Positions 37,947 to 47,523 of a DNA stretch of 64,000 bases are shown here, in pieces. Below the pieces are notes generated by a model, which was given only the letters and a program-made list of their open reading frames with translations, was not told the origin of the DNA and searched no databases. The number at the start of each line of letters is the position of its first letter. Positions within the stretch are counted from its first letter, which is position 1. The translations under genes and the position numbers were made by a program. The DNA is from Thiohalobacteraceae bacterium (GTDB lineage Bacteria; Pseudomonadota; Gammaproteobacteria; Thiohalobacterales; Thiohalobacteraceae), in contig JBFHQE010000012.1 of NCBI GenBank assembly GCA_041592335.1, positions 10,383 to 74,382 of the forward strand, written 5' to 3'.

Positions 37947-39332
37947 ATGCTGCAGATTTATAACAGTCAGAGCAAACAGAAAGAAGAATTCAAGCCAATA
38001 GAACCGGGCAAAATCCGAATGTACGTGTGCGGGATGACTGTTTATGACCTGTGTCACCTGGGGCATGCGCGGGTCATGGTGGTGTTTGATGTCATCACCC
38101 GTTACCTGCGGGCCAGCGGATATGATGTGACCTATGTGCGTAACATTACCGATATTGACGACAAGATCATCAAGCGGGCGGCCGAGAATGGCGAAGACTT
38201 CCGGGCGTTGACCGATCGCTTCATCAAGGCCATGCACGAGGATAGTGCCGCCCTGGGTGTGTTGCCGCCGGACCTGGAGCCGCGTGCGACCGATTCCATC
38301 GATGCCATCCTGACGATGATCCAGACCCTGGTCGACAAGGGCATGGCCTATGCCGCGGCCAATGGCGATGTCTATTACGATGTCAGCCAGTTCGGGGATT
38401 ACGGCAAGCTGTCCGGGGAAAAACCGGATGAGCTGCGCGCCGGGGCACGCATCGAGGTGGAAGATGCCAAGGACGATCCACTTGATTTCGTCTTATGGAA
38501 AGCGGCCAAGCCGGGCGAGCCAGCCTGGCCTTCGCCCTGGGGTGACGGCCGTCCCGGCTGGCATATCGAGTGTTCCGCCATGTCGACCCAGGCGCTGGGG
38601 AACACATTCGATATCCATGGCGGCGGAATGGACCTGAAATTTCCGCATCACGAAAACGAAATTGCCCAATCGGAAGGCGCGACCGGCTGCTGTTTTGTGA
38701 ATTACTGGATTCACAACGGGTTCGTGCAGATCAATGAAGAAAAGATGTCGAAGTCGCTCAATAACTTCTTCACGGTGCGTGAAGTTCTGAAACAGTACCA
38801 GCCGGAAGTGATACGCTTCTTTATCCTCAACAGTCATTATCGCAGCCCGCTCAATTACTCCGATGACAATCTGGACAAGGCGCGCGCCGGTCTGGAGCGG
38901 ATTTACACTGCGCTGCGCGGTGCACCAGCTGACACGGCCGAGCCGGACCAGGAAATTCTGCGTCGTTTCCGTGACAAGATGGACGATGATTTCAACACAC
39001 CCGAGGCGGTGGCGCTGCTGTTCGAATTGGCGCGTGATCTGAACCGGGCCAAGGAGAGCGAGCCGACCCAGACGGCAATCCTGGCGGCGACACTGAAAAG
39101 CATCGGCTCCGTCCTGGGGCTGGCACAGGAGTCTCCCGAAGCATTCTTGCAGGGTAGCGCCTCGACCGAAGGCGGTATGAGCGAGGCCGATATCGAGCAG
39201 CAGATTGCCCTGCGGGCGGCGGCCCGCGCCAACAAGGACTGGGCGGAATCCGACCGGATTCGAGACTACCTGAAGGATCAGGGTGTGCTGATTGAAGATG
39301 GCGCCGGTGGTACCAGTTGGCGCCGCGTCTGA
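37947..39332 (+). CDS. cysS: Cysteine--tRNA ligase
   Basis: 461 aa. [17 protein letters not shown] and KMSKSLNN motifs. Confidence 0.96.
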   Translation: MLQIYNSQSKQKEEFKPIEPGKIRMYVCGMTVYDLCHLGHARVMVVFDVITRYLRASGYDVTYVRNITDIDDKIIKRAAENGEDFRALTDRFIKAMHEDSAALGVLPPDLEPRATDSIDAILTMIQTLVDKGMAYAAANGDVYYDVSQFGDYGKLSGEKPDELRAGARIEVEDAKDDPLDFVLWKAAKPGEPAWPSPWGDGRPGWHIECSAMSTQALGNTFDIHGGGMDLKFPHHENEIAQSEGATGCCFVNYWIHNGFVQINEEKMSKSLNNFFTVREVLKQYQPEVIRFFILNSHYRSPLNYSDDNLDKARAGLERIYTALRGAPADTAEPDQEILRRFRDKMDDDFNTPEAVALLFELARDLNRAKESEPTQTAILAATLKSIGSVLGLAQESPEAFLQGSASTEGGMSEADIEQQIALRAAARANKDWAESDRIRDYLKDQGVLIEDGAGGTSWRRV

Positions 39333-39462
39333 AAACCCTGTCCATAGTAGCGAATTTTCAAGTTTTTCAATGTATTGCCGATATTAGGGTTATTAATTTA
39401 ACCCCTTGATATCCATATTGTTTGTTACCAGTTATGGTTGGTTTCAGTAGAGGCAGAGAACA

Positions 39463-39864
39463 TTGAGCGAGCGGACCTTCAGATTCATCATCGGCGCATT
39501 GTTATTGGCCGCGCTGTATTTCGGGATGGATCACCTGATGCGGGCCATTATTGCGGTTCTCGTCTTGGAAGCTATCAGCAACTGGCGTATCCCCCTGCTC
39601 ATCACTCGCCTGAGAAAGCAGGATACATCCTCGTTTCATGACTCGGCGCATATCCTCCTTACCGACGATCGTGACCATCGGTTCTCATTCGATGCCGAAC
39701 GAGCCTGGCGGCTGGTGGTGGCCGCGATGCTGGTGCTGACCCTGTATTTCTTCAATGATCTGCTGTGGTTTTTCCCCTGGTTCATGGGCTTTGCCATTCT
39801 CGGTGCGGGTATCAGCGGTGTGTGCCCGGTACTCATTTCACTCAAGTTTGCCGGTTTCCGATGA
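39463..39864 (+). CDS. Small multi-pass membrane protein (C-terminus DUF2892/YgaP-like)
   Basis: 133 aa, about 4 hydrophobic segments. TTG start with AGAGG SD. C-terminal GAGISGVCPVLISLKFAG resembles the DUF2892 motif. Confidence 0.45.
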   Translation: MSERTFRFIIGALLLAALYFGMDHLMRAIIAVLVLEAISNWRIPLLITRLRKQDTSSFHDSAHILLTDDRDHRFSFDAERAWRLVVAAMLVLTLYFFNDLLWFFPWFMGFAILGAGISGVCPVLISLKFAGFR

Positions 39865-42302
39865 TCAGTCAGAAGGACAATCTCGAGCCTTCGCCGGAAG
39901 TGCTTAAAAGCCAGTTACCCATCAAAATCACCGGTATTGTTTTCTGGGGTACTTTGCTGGTCGGTCTCATCCTGACGCTGATGCAACTCAAGAATTTTGA
40001 GAACGAAATCACCCGTCGACACACGCTCAACACTGAAAATCTCGCCTACGAATTAAGCGTGATGCTGTCCCAGGCTACGAGCGATTCGGTATTGTTAGAG
40101 AAAGAAAAAGCCATTACGGACCTGTATCGTGCGTACGGATTTTCCGGGATTGTTATCGATGCCTTTCACAGTCATATAGCTTTCGGCGATACAGGTGAAG
40201 GCCATACTTCCATTGAGTTTATGCTAACGGCGCTGGATCAACCGCAATTCAAGGACCAGGTCAAATCGGTTACGGCATACTATTCCGATTTTAAGGGTGA
40301 AATCGCGGATAAACGGAAAAACCTGCTGATCAACATGGGGCTGATGTTCTCGGCCTTCGGCTTTGTCCTGCAATGGATTCTGCAACGCGTACTTACGCGG
40401 CCTTTTATCAGCATGGTGTTTACAGCGCAGCGTTTTGCCGGCGGGGATCTGGCGGCACGTTTCGATGAGCGGCGCCAGGATGAATTCGGTTACCTGGGAA
40501 AATTTTTCAACAAGGCGCTGGATTATCTGCTGGTTCAGCAGGAAGAATTACGCGATGCCCTGACGCGCGTGCGGGAATCCGAAACGGCGCTCTATTCTGA
40601 AAAAGAGCGGGTCGAAGTAACGTTGCACTCCATCGGCGATGCGGTGATCACGACCGACGATTCCGGTTGCATTGAATACTTTAATCCCGTTGCCGAGCGA
40701 CTGACCGGCTATTCGCTGGAGCAGGTGCAGGGCGAACCCTTGCGGGATGTCATGCAGCTGGTGAACGAGAACACTCGCAAGCGGGTCCAAAACCCGATCG
40801 ACCAGTGTCTGGAAAGTGGCGAGGTGGTCGAGCTTGCCGACCACACTTTGCTGTTGCGTGAAGATGGCGAAGAAGTGGCGATAGCCGACTCGGCTGCACC
40901 GATTCGGGACCGTGGCGGTGACGTTATCGGTGCAGTCATGGTGTTTCACGATGTCGGGCATGCGCGTGTGCTGCAGCGCCAACTGTCTTACCAGGCGCAG
41001 CATGATGCCCTGACCGGACTGTACAATCGCCGCCAGTTTGAGCTGCGCCTGAATGAAGCGATCGAGGAAGCGCGCGAAAAACACAATCAGCATGCGGTCT
41101 GTTATCTCGACCTGGACCAGTTCAAAATCGTTAACGATACCTGTGGGCATATTGCCGGCGATGAGCTATTACAGCAGCTGGCGCATCTGCTGATGACGCG
41201 CGTGCGCGATACCGATGTGCTTGCACGCCTGGGGGGTGACGAATTCGGGGTGCTGCTGCGTTATTGCAGTCTGGACCAGGCGCGTGTCATCGCCGAGGAA
41301 TTACGCCGAACGGTGCGTGATTTCCGCTTCGTTTACGAAGAACACAGTTTCGAGATTGGCGTCAGTATCGGTGTCGTGGAAGTCAATGCCCAGACTCAGA
41401 ATATGACGGAGATCTACAGCGCGGCAGACGTTGCCTGTTACACCGCGAAAGATGCCGGTCGCAATCGTATCCATATCTACAAGCCGGATGACAGTGAACT
41501 CAAGGCGCGCCAGGGTGAAATGCGCTGGGTATCCCGGATCCACAAGGCGCTGGATGAAGACCGTTTCGTTCTTTACTGCCAGCCTATTATCAGTGTCTCC
41601 GATGTCAATTTGCCGCATCATTTTGAAATCCTGTTGCGCATTCGCGATTCCGACGGCCAGTTAATTCCGCCCATGGCGTTTATTCCGGCCGCGGAACGTT
41701 ACAACCTGATGCCGGAAATTGATCGCTGGGTGGTGAGCAGGGTGCTGGAACAGGTGCACAGCCTGCCGGCCGCGTTTAAAAATACAGTTTGGACGATCAA
41801 TATTTCCGGGCGTTCACTTGGTGACGATGAGTTGCTGGAGTTTTTACTGGAAGCGATCGAAGCATCGCCGCTGTCGGGCGACAAGCTGTGTTTTGAGATT
41901 ACCGAAACAGCGGCGATTGCCAACCTGCGTCGGGCAACACGCTTTATGAAACGACTTAAAACACTGGGTTGTCGTTTTGCACTGGATGATTTTGGTAGTG
42001 GGTTGAGCTCGTTTGCCTACTTGAAAAACCTGCCGGTTGATTATCTAAAAATCGATGGCAGTTTTGTGCGCGACATGGTTTCCGATCCCATCGATCATGC
42101 CATGGTGGATGCGATCAACAAGGTGGGGCAGGTGATGAAGCTGGAGACCATTGCCGAATTTGTTGAAACCGATGAAGTGTTGCATGCGCTGCAGGCGCTG
42201 GGTGTGAACTACGCGCAGGGTTATGCGATTGCCAAGCCCGAGCCGCTGGAGAACCTGCTGGCGCGCGGCCCGGTGGCTATTGCAGACCAGAAGGTTGGTT
42301 AA
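39861..42302 (+). CDS. Membrane sensor HAMP-PAS-GGDEF-EAL protein (c-di-GMP cyclase/phosphodiesterase)
   Basis: ORF 39765 trimmed to the ATG at 39861 (ATGA overlap with the upstream stop). Two TMs flank a periplasmic region of about 140 aa. HAMP, then PAS (HSIGDAVITTD). RDTDVLARLGGDEF carries the I-site RxxD plus GGDEF. EAL domain motifs are FEILLR, EITE and DDFGSG. Confidence 0.9.
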   Translation: MISQKDNLEPSPEVLKSQLPIKITGIVFWGTLLVGLILTLMQLKNFENEITRRHTLNTENLAYELSVMLSQATSDSVLLEKEKAITDLYRAYGFSGIVIDAFHSHIAFGDTGEGHTSIEFMLTALDQPQFKDQVKSVTAYYSDFKGEIADKRKNLLINMGLMFSAFGFVLQWILQRVLTRPFISMVFTAQRFAGGDLAARFDERRQDEFGYLGKFFNKALDYLLVQQEELRDALTRVRESETALYSEKERVEVTLHSIGDAVITTDDSGCIEYFNPVAERLTGYSLEQVQGEPLRDVMQLVNENTRKRVQNPIDQCLESGEVVELADHTLLLREDGEEVAIADSAAPIRDRGGDVIGAVMVFHDVGHARVLQRQLSYQAQHDALTGLYNRRQFELRLNEAIEEAREKHNQHAVCYLDLDQFKIVNDTCGHIAGDELLQQLAHLLMTRVRDTDVLARLGGDEFGVLLRYCSLDQARVIAEELRRTVRDFRFVYEEHSFEIGVSIGVVEVNAQTQNMTEIYSAADVACYTAKDAGRNRIHIYKPDDSELKARQGEMRWVSRIHKALDEDRFVLYCQPIISVSDVNLPHHFEILLRIRDSDGQLIPPMAFIPAAERYNLMPEIDRWVVSRVLEQVHSLPAAFKNTVWTINISGRSLGDDELLEFLLEAIEASPLSGDKLCFEITETAAIANLRRATRFMKRLKTLGCRFALDDFGSGLSSFAYLKNLPVDYLKIDGSFVRDMVSDPIDHAMVDAINKVGQVMKLETIAEFVETDEVLHALQALGVNYAQGYAIAKPEPLENLLARGPVAIADQKVG

Positions 42303-42305
42303 TTG

Positions 42306-43160
42306 CTAGGCGTGTAACAGTTCCGCTGCCTGCAGGGTGTTTTGCAGCAGGGTGGCGACTGTCATCGGACCTACACCACCCGGCACCGGCGTGATCCAGG
42401 CGGCACGTTCCGCAGCCGGTTCAAATTCCACATCGCCTATCAGCTTGCCATCGGCGCCGCGATTGATACCAACATCAATGACCGTCGCGCCGGTTTTCAC
42501 CCATTCGCCTTTGACCAGCCCCGGTTTGCCGGCGGCAACGACCAGGATATCGGCCCGGCCAACGTGGCCTGCCAAGTCTTTGGTAAAGCGGTGGCAGGTA
42601 GTGACGGTCGAGCCGGCCAGCAGTAACTCCAGTCCCATAGGGCGGCCAACATGATTCGAGGCGCCTACCACGACAGCTTCACGGCCATAGAATTCTTCGT
42701 TAACCGAGCGTAGCAGGGTGATTACGCCATAAGGGGTGCAGGGGCGCAGTACCGGCATGCGGGTGGCCAGTCGGCCGAGATTGTAAGGATGGAAACCATC
42801 GACATCCTTATCCGGGCGGATGCGTTCCACGACGCTGGTGGTGTCGATGTGTTCCGGCAGCGGTAGCTGTACCAGGATGCCATCGATGGCCGGATCTTCG
42901 TTCAGGGAATCGATCAGTGCCAGCAACGCCTGTTCGGTTGTGTCGTCGGGCAGGTCATGGGAGCGGGAGATGACGCCTGCTTCTTCACAGGCCTTGCGCT
43001 TGTTACGGACATACACCTGAGAGGCGGGATCTTCGCCCACCAGAATGACGGCCAGTCCCGGAGCCCTGAGGCCTTGCTGAAGACGCGTTTCAATTCGGGT
43101 TTTGATTTCGCCGCGCAACGCGGATGCGACAGCCTTGCCGTCGATGATTTTTGCAGCCAT
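42306..43160 (-). CDS. folD: Bifunctional methylenetetrahydrofolate dehydrogenase/cyclohydrolase
   Basis: ORF trimmed to the ATG at 43160 ([12 protein letters not shown]...). [11 protein letters not shown] and PGGVGPMT motifs. Confidence 0.95.
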   Translation of the reverse strand: MAAKIIDGKAVASALRGEIKTRIETRLQQGLRAPGLAVILVGEDPASQVYVRNKRKACEEAGVISRSHDLPDDTTEQALLALIDSLNEDPAIDGILVQLPLPEHIDTTSVVERIRPDKDVDGFHPYNLGRLATRMPVLRPCTPYGVITLLRSVNEEFYGREAVVVGASNHVGRPMGLELLLAGSTVTTCHRFTKDLAGHVGRADILVVAAGKPGLVKGEWVKTGATVIDVGINRGADGKLIGDVEFEPAAERAAWITPVPGGVGPMTVATLLQNTLQAAELLHA

Positions 43161-43266
43161 GAGCTTGTTTGTCCTGGATATTCGTAGGCCCTGAAACAGG
43201 CCGGGGATTCTCGCATGGCGAAACACCGGGCGACAAGCGCGAGAAAAAAATGAGTGGAAAGGTTTA

Positions 43267-43295
43267 TTGACGCCATGCGGGTCAAAACGTATTAT
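43267..43295 (+). promoter_or_regulatory. Sigma70 promoter of the tRNA Pro-Arg-His-Lys operon
   Basis: TTGACG-17 nt-TATTAT followed by the GC-rich discriminator TGCCGCCC, immediately upstream of tRNA-Pro. Confidence 0.6.
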
Positions 43296-43305
43296 TGCCG
43301 CCCTT

Positions 43306-43382
43306 CGGGGTATAGCGCAGTCTGGTAGCGCGCCTGCTTTGGGAGCAGGATGTCGGGAGTTCGAATCTCTCTACCCCGACCA
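43306..43382 (+). tRNA. tRNA-Pro (UGG)
   Basis: Hand-folded cloverleaf. Acceptor CGGGGTA/TACCCCG, anticodon loop TTTGGGA, T-loop TTCGAAT, encoded CCA. Confidence 0.93.
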
Positions 43383-43414
43383 CTATATATGTGTGTGGTA
43401 GGATTCACGACCAT

Positions 43415-43491
43415 GCGCCCGTAGCTCAGCTGGATAGAGCAACGGCCTTCTAAGCCGTAGGTCGCAGGTTCGAATCCTGCCGGGCGCGCCA
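43415..43491 (+). tRNA. tRNA-Arg (UCU)
   Basis: Acceptor GCGCCCG/CGGGCGC, anticodon loop CTTCTAA, encoded CCA. Confidence 0.93.
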
Positions 43492-43505
43492 TGTAACAAA
43501 GTTAT

Positions 43506-43582
43506 GGTGGCTGTAGCTCAGTTGGTAGAGCCCCGGATTGTGATTCCGGTCGTCGTGGGTTCGAGTCCCATCAGCCACCCCA
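43506..43582 (+). tRNA. tRNA-His (GUG)
   Basis: G-1 plus acceptor GTGGCTG/CAGCCAC, anticodon loop TTGTGAT, encoded CCA. Confidence 0.93.
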
Positions 43583-43586
43583 TTTT

Positions 43587-43662
43587 GGGCCGTTAGCTCA
43601 GTTGGTAGAGCAGGAGACTCTTAATCTCTTGGTCGAGTGTTCGAGTCACTCACGGCCCACCA
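43587..43662 (+). tRNA. tRNA-Lys (CUU)
   Basis: Acceptor GGGCCGT/ACGGCCC, anticodon loop CTCTTAA, encoded CCA. Confidence 0.9.
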
Positions 43663-43667
43663 ATCTC

Positions 43668-43697
43668 AAAAGGCGCTCATTTTCGAGCGCCTTTTTT
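43668..43697 (+). terminator. Rho-independent terminator of the tRNA operon
   Basis: AGGCGCTC-ATTTTC-GAGCGCCT followed by TTTTT. Confidence 0.85.
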
Positions 43698-43748
43698 GTT
43701 TTTCCCCCTGACTGATCAATTTTCGTTCTAAACCCGCGTTTCAGAGGG

Positions 43749-43778
43749 TTACGTCAGCTTCACTGCTCGCGCTATAAT
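43749..43778 (+). promoter_or_regulatory. Candidate sigma70 promoter for tRNA-Leu (and possibly tig)
   Basis: TTACGT-18 nt-TATAAT, ending 10 nt before the tRNA-Leu 5' end. Confidence 0.5.
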
Positions 43779-43788
43779 GATCCGATTG

Positions 43789-43873
<85 letters not shown>

Positions 43874-43966
43874 GATTCAATAAGTTATCCATTTTGGGGT
43901 TTTCTAGATTCACAACCGAGGCGCCCTTGCCGGGCAAGTGGCGCGGACTTTAGAGGTATCACAGCA

Positions 43967-45274
43967 ATGCAAGTTTCCGTAGAAACAACCAATGGTCTGG
44001 AGCGTCGCATGACGGTTCAGTTGCCGGCAGATAAAGTGGACCAGGCGATTTCTAGCCGCCTGCAGTCGCTGGCTGGCTCCATCCGCATGGACGGCTTCCG
44101 TCCCGGCAAGGTACCTCTGAAAGTGGTCAAGCAACGTTATGGTGACCAGGTGACGCTGGAAGTGGCGAATGACCTGATTAACAGCAGTTTTCAGGAAGCA
44201 CTGACCCAGGAAAACCTGACGCCTGCCGGTACTCCGCAGTTTGAACCCAAGCCAATCGAGCAGGGACAGGGCATGGAGTACACCGCCACTTTTGAGGTTA
44301 TGCCGGAGTTTGAACCCGCTGACCTTGGCGGTGCCGAAATCGAAAAGCCCAATGGCAGTATTCAGGATGCCGATGTGGACGCCATGCTGGAAAAACTGCG
44401 TCAGCAGCGCGCCACCTGGGAAGCCGTTGAGCGCGGTGCCCAGAAGGGTGACCAGGTAACCATCGACTTTACTGGCACGATCGACGGCGAAGCATTTCAG
44501 GGTGGTAGTGGCGAGGATATGCCAATTGAGATTGGTTCCGGCCGCATGATAGCGGGGTTTGAAGACGGTCTGATCGGTGCGGCTGCCGGTAGCGACGTCT
44601 ACCTCGATCTGACCTTCCCGGCGGATTATCACAAGGAAGACTTGGCCGGAAAATCGGTACAGTTCCAGGTCAAGGTGAAAGCCGTTGCGCAGTCCAAACT
44701 GCCTGAAATCGACGAAGCCTTCGTTAAGTCCATGGGCGTTGAGGATGGCACCATCGACTCCCTCAGGGCCGAAGTCACCAAGAACATGGAGCGCGAGCTG
44801 AATAATTCGCTGAAAGCGATCCTGAAACAGCGTGCTTTTGACCTGCTGGTGGAAAAAAATGCCGTGGACGTGCCTTCTTCCATGGTCGACGAAGAGTCGG
44901 ATCGGCTGGCCAACGAAATGTACCAGTCAATGGGTGGAAATAGTCAAGGACTCAAGCTTCCGCGCGATATCTTTAAGGAGAAGGCGGAGCGTCGGGTTGT
45001 GCTGGGTCTGATTATCGGCGAAATCATGCGCCGCAATAACCTGCAACTCGATCCGCAAAAATTCTCGGAAACCATCGACAGCATTGCACAGAGCTATGAA
45101 AACCCTGACGAGGTGAAGCAGTATTACATGCAGAACCGTGAGGCCATGGCCAGTATCCAGAGTCTGGTGATGGAGGAGCAGGTGGTTGCCTGGATTATCG
45201 AACAGGCCAATGTGGTGGAAAAAGACTATAGTTTTGATGAAATCATCGAGCTGCGTCAGGCGGCCAACGGTTAA
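43967..45274 (+). CDS. tig: Trigger factor
   Basis: ORF 43832 (which overlaps tRNA-Leu) trimmed to the ATG at 43967. MQVSVETTNGLERRMTVQLP...GFRPGKVP is the canonical Tig N-terminus. Confidence 0.95.
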   Translation: MQVSVETTNGLERRMTVQLPADKVDQAISSRLQSLAGSIRMDGFRPGKVPLKVVKQRYGDQVTLEVANDLINSSFQEALTQENLTPAGTPQFEPKPIEQGQGMEYTATFEVMPEFEPADLGGAEIEKPNGSIQDADVDAMLEKLRQQRATWEAVERGAQKGDQVTIDFTGTIDGEAFQGGSGEDMPIEIGSGRMIAGFEDGLIGAAAGSDVYLDLTFPADYHKEDLAGKSVQFQVKVKAVAQSKLPEIDEAFVKSMGVEDGTIDSLRAEVTKNMERELNNSLKAILKQRAFDLLVEKNAVDVPSSMVDEESDRLANEMYQSMGGNSQGLKLPRDIFKEKAERRVVLGLIIGEIMRRNNLQLDPQKFSETIDSIAQSYENPDEVKQYYMQNREAMASIQSLVMEEQVVAWIIEQANVVEKDYSFDEIIELRQAANG

Positions 45275-45289
45275 AGGATAACGCAGAAT

Positions 45290-45928
45290 ATGACTGGTTA
45301 CAGAAACAACGGTGGTGCGCTGGAAACGCAAGCTTTGAACCTGGTTCCCATGGTGGTTGAACAGACCGCGCGCGGGGAACGAGCCTACGACATCTATTCA
45401 CGCCTGCTGAAAGAGCGAGTGGTGTTCTGCGTCGGTCCAGTAGAGGATTACATGGCGAATGTCATCGTGGCGCAGCTGTTGTTCCTGGAATCGGAAAATC
45501 CTGACAAGGATATTCATCTTTATATCAACTCACCGGGCGGCTCCGTTACCTCGGGGATGGCGATCTACGACACCATGCAATTCATCAAGCCGCACGTCAG
45601 CACTATGTGTATCGGTCAGGCGGCGTCCATGGGCGCCGTGCTGCTGGCCGGGGGTGAGAAGGGCAAGCGCTTCTGTCTGCCGCACTCCCGCGTCATGATC
45701 CACCAGCCACTGGGTGGCTTCCAGGGTCAGGCGACCGACATTGATATTCATGCGCGCGAAATTCTGCTGGTTCGCGAACGCCTGAACCAGATTCTGGCGG
45801 ATCATACCGGGCAGCCGCTGGAACAGATTGCCAAAGACACTGATCGCGACAATTTTATGTCTGCCGAGCAGGCGAAAAGCTATGGATTGATCGATACGGT
45901 GCTGGATCAGCGTCAAAAACCCGAATAA
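45290..45928 (+). CDS. clpP: ATP-dependent Clp protease proteolytic subunit
   Basis: 212 aa. GQAASMGA (Ser) and MIHQP (His) catalytic motifs. Confidence 0.96.
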   Translation: MTGYRNNGGALETQALNLVPMVVEQTARGERAYDIYSRLLKERVVFCVGPVEDYMANVIVAQLLFLESENPDKDIHLYINSPGGSVTSGMAIYDTMQFIKPHVSTMCIGQAASMGAVLLAGGEKGKRFCLPHSRVMIHQPLGGFQGQATDIDIHAREILLVRERLNQILADHTGQPLEQIAKDTDRDNFMSAEQAKSYGLIDTVLDQRQKPE

Positions 45929-45959
45929 AGCATCGCTAAGTGGTTGTATTTCCGTACGC

Positions 45960-45975
45960 TGGCACTGGTATTGCT
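45960..45975 (+). promoter_or_regulatory. Sigma54-type -24/-12 element (TGGCAC-N5-TTGCT) in the clpP-clpX spacer
   Basis: Exact match to the TGGCAC-N5-TTGC core, oriented toward clpX (ATG 46054). Confidence 0.35.
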
Positions 45976-46053
45976 TGTTAATTGTATGGAACCGTAGTTG
46001 AATTGGGATTGTGTTTAAGGTGTCTCCCCCGGACACATGAGGGTAGTTGAATT

Positions 46054-47325
46054 ATGAGCAATGATCGAAACGGCAAGAGCGATGACGGAAAACTGCTTTA
46101 CTGCTCCTTCTGCGGAAAAAGCCAGCACGAAGTACGTAAACTGATCGCTGGGCCGTCCGTATTCATCTGCGATGAATGTGTCGAACTCTGTAACGACATC
46201 ATTCGTGAAGAAATGCAGGAAAAGACCGGTGCCAGTGGTGCCAAGCTGCCCAAGCCGCGGGAAATCAACGAGGTTCTCGACGAATACGTTATCGGTCAGG
46301 ACAGTGCCAAGAAGGTGCTTTCCGTGGCTGTCTACAACCACTACAAGCGTCTTGAAGCACGTCAGCGCAAGGAAGAGGTTGAACTTTCCAAGAGTAACAT
46401 CCTGCTGATCGGTCCAACCGGTTCCGGCAAGACCTTGCTGGCCGAAACCTTGGCCAGATTACTGAACGTGCCTTTCACCATTGCCGATGCCACGACGCTG
46501 ACCGAGGCCGGTTATGTGGGTGAAGACGTCGAAAATATCATTCAGAAGCTGCTGCAGAAATGTGATTACGACGTTGAAAAAGCACAGACCGGTATCGTCT
46601 ACATCGACGAAATCGACAAGATATCCCGCAAGGCGGACAACCCGTCTATTACGCGTGACGTGTCCGGTGAAGGCGTGCAGCAGGCACTGTTGAAATTGAT
46701 CGAGGGCACTGTCGCTTCCGTTCCCCCGCAGGGCGGTCGCAAGCATCCCCAGCAGGAGTTCCTGCAGGTTGATACTGGCAACATTCTGTTTATCTGTGGC
46801 GGCGCATTTGCCGGCCTGGAAAAAATCATCCGTAACCGTTCCGAAAAGGGCGGCATTGGTTTCTCCGCGGTGGTGAAGAGCAAGGAAGAAACCAAGAGCG
46901 TTGGCGAGATACTTTATGAAGTCGAGCCGGAGGATTTAATCGCTTACGGGTTGATTCCGGAATTTGTCGGTCGACTGCCGGTTGTTGCGACCCTGGCTGA
47001 GCTGGATGAAGATGCATTGATTCGGATTCTGACCGAGCCGAAAAATGCCATTACCAAGCAATACGGCAAGCTCTTCGACATGGAAGGCTGCGAACTGGAA
47101 TTCCGTGAAGATGCGTTGCGGGCGGTTGCGCGCAAGGCGATGGAACGTAAAACCGGCGCACGCGGCTTGCGTACCATTCTGGAGCATGTGTTGCTGGATA
47201 CGATGTACGAGCTGCCATCCATGGAAAATGTCAGCAAGGTTGTAATCGATGAATCTGTTATTACCGGTGAATCAAAACCTTATATTGTCTACGACTCAAC
47301 GGAACAACTCGCGGCATCCGATTAA
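46054..47325 (+). CDS. clpX: ATP-dependent Clp protease ATP-binding subunit ClpX
   Basis: 423 aa. Zinc finger CSFCGKSQ...CDEC and Walker A GPTGSGKT. Confidence 0.97.
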   Translation: MSNDRNGKSDDGKLLYCSFCGKSQHEVRKLIAGPSVFICDECVELCNDIIREEMQEKTGASGAKLPKPREINEVLDEYVIGQDSAKKVLSVAVYNHYKRLEARQRKEEVELSKSNILLIGPTGSGKTLLAETLARLLNVPFTIADATTLTEAGYVGEDVENIIQKLLQKCDYDVEKAQTGIVYIDEIDKISRKADNPSITRDVSGEGVQQALLKLIEGTVASVPPQGGRKHPQQEFLQVDTGNILFICGGAFAGLEKIIRNRSEKGGIGFSAVVKSKEETKSVGEILYEVEPEDLIAYGLIPEFVGRLPVVATLAELDEDALIRILTEPKNAITKQYGKLFDMEGCELEFREDALRAVARKAMERKTGARGLRTILEHVLLDTMYELPSMENVSKVVIDESVITGESKPYIVYDSTEQLAASD

Positions 47326-47335
47326 GACACTTCTC

Positions 47336-47367
47336 ATGGCCCGAACTTTTCGGGCCATTTCACTTTT
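47336..47367 (+). terminator. Candidate terminator after clpX
   Basis: ATGGCCCG-AACTTTT-CGGGCCAT followed by TTCACTTTT (weak U-tract). Confidence 0.55.
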
Positions 47368-47420
47368 AAAACCCCTGCAATTTCTGGCGCGGTATTTGCG
47401 TCATCTTTCAATTAGAATCA

Positions 47421-47448
47421 TTGAAACGATTCCTTGGCGCCCACATAT
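47421..47448 (+). promoter_or_regulatory. Candidate sigma32 (heat-shock) promoter of lon
   Basis: TTGAAA-13 nt-CCCACATAT, compared with the consensus CTTGAAA-N13-15-CCCCATNT. Confidence 0.55.
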
Positions 47449-47523
47449 CCTGTCTGTCGACTAGAGTTGGTAACAGGATTACCCCCTGAGTGAGGTCAGT
47501 CTGAAATGAAACAGGATAACGAT

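Noticed and set aside
43292-43492. Small minus-strand ORFs overlapping tRNA genes (also 43749..43937 and 50485..50667)
   Set aside because: They are read straight through tRNA-Pro/Arg, tRNA-Leu and tRNA-Val/Asp. These are translations of tRNA complements, not genes.
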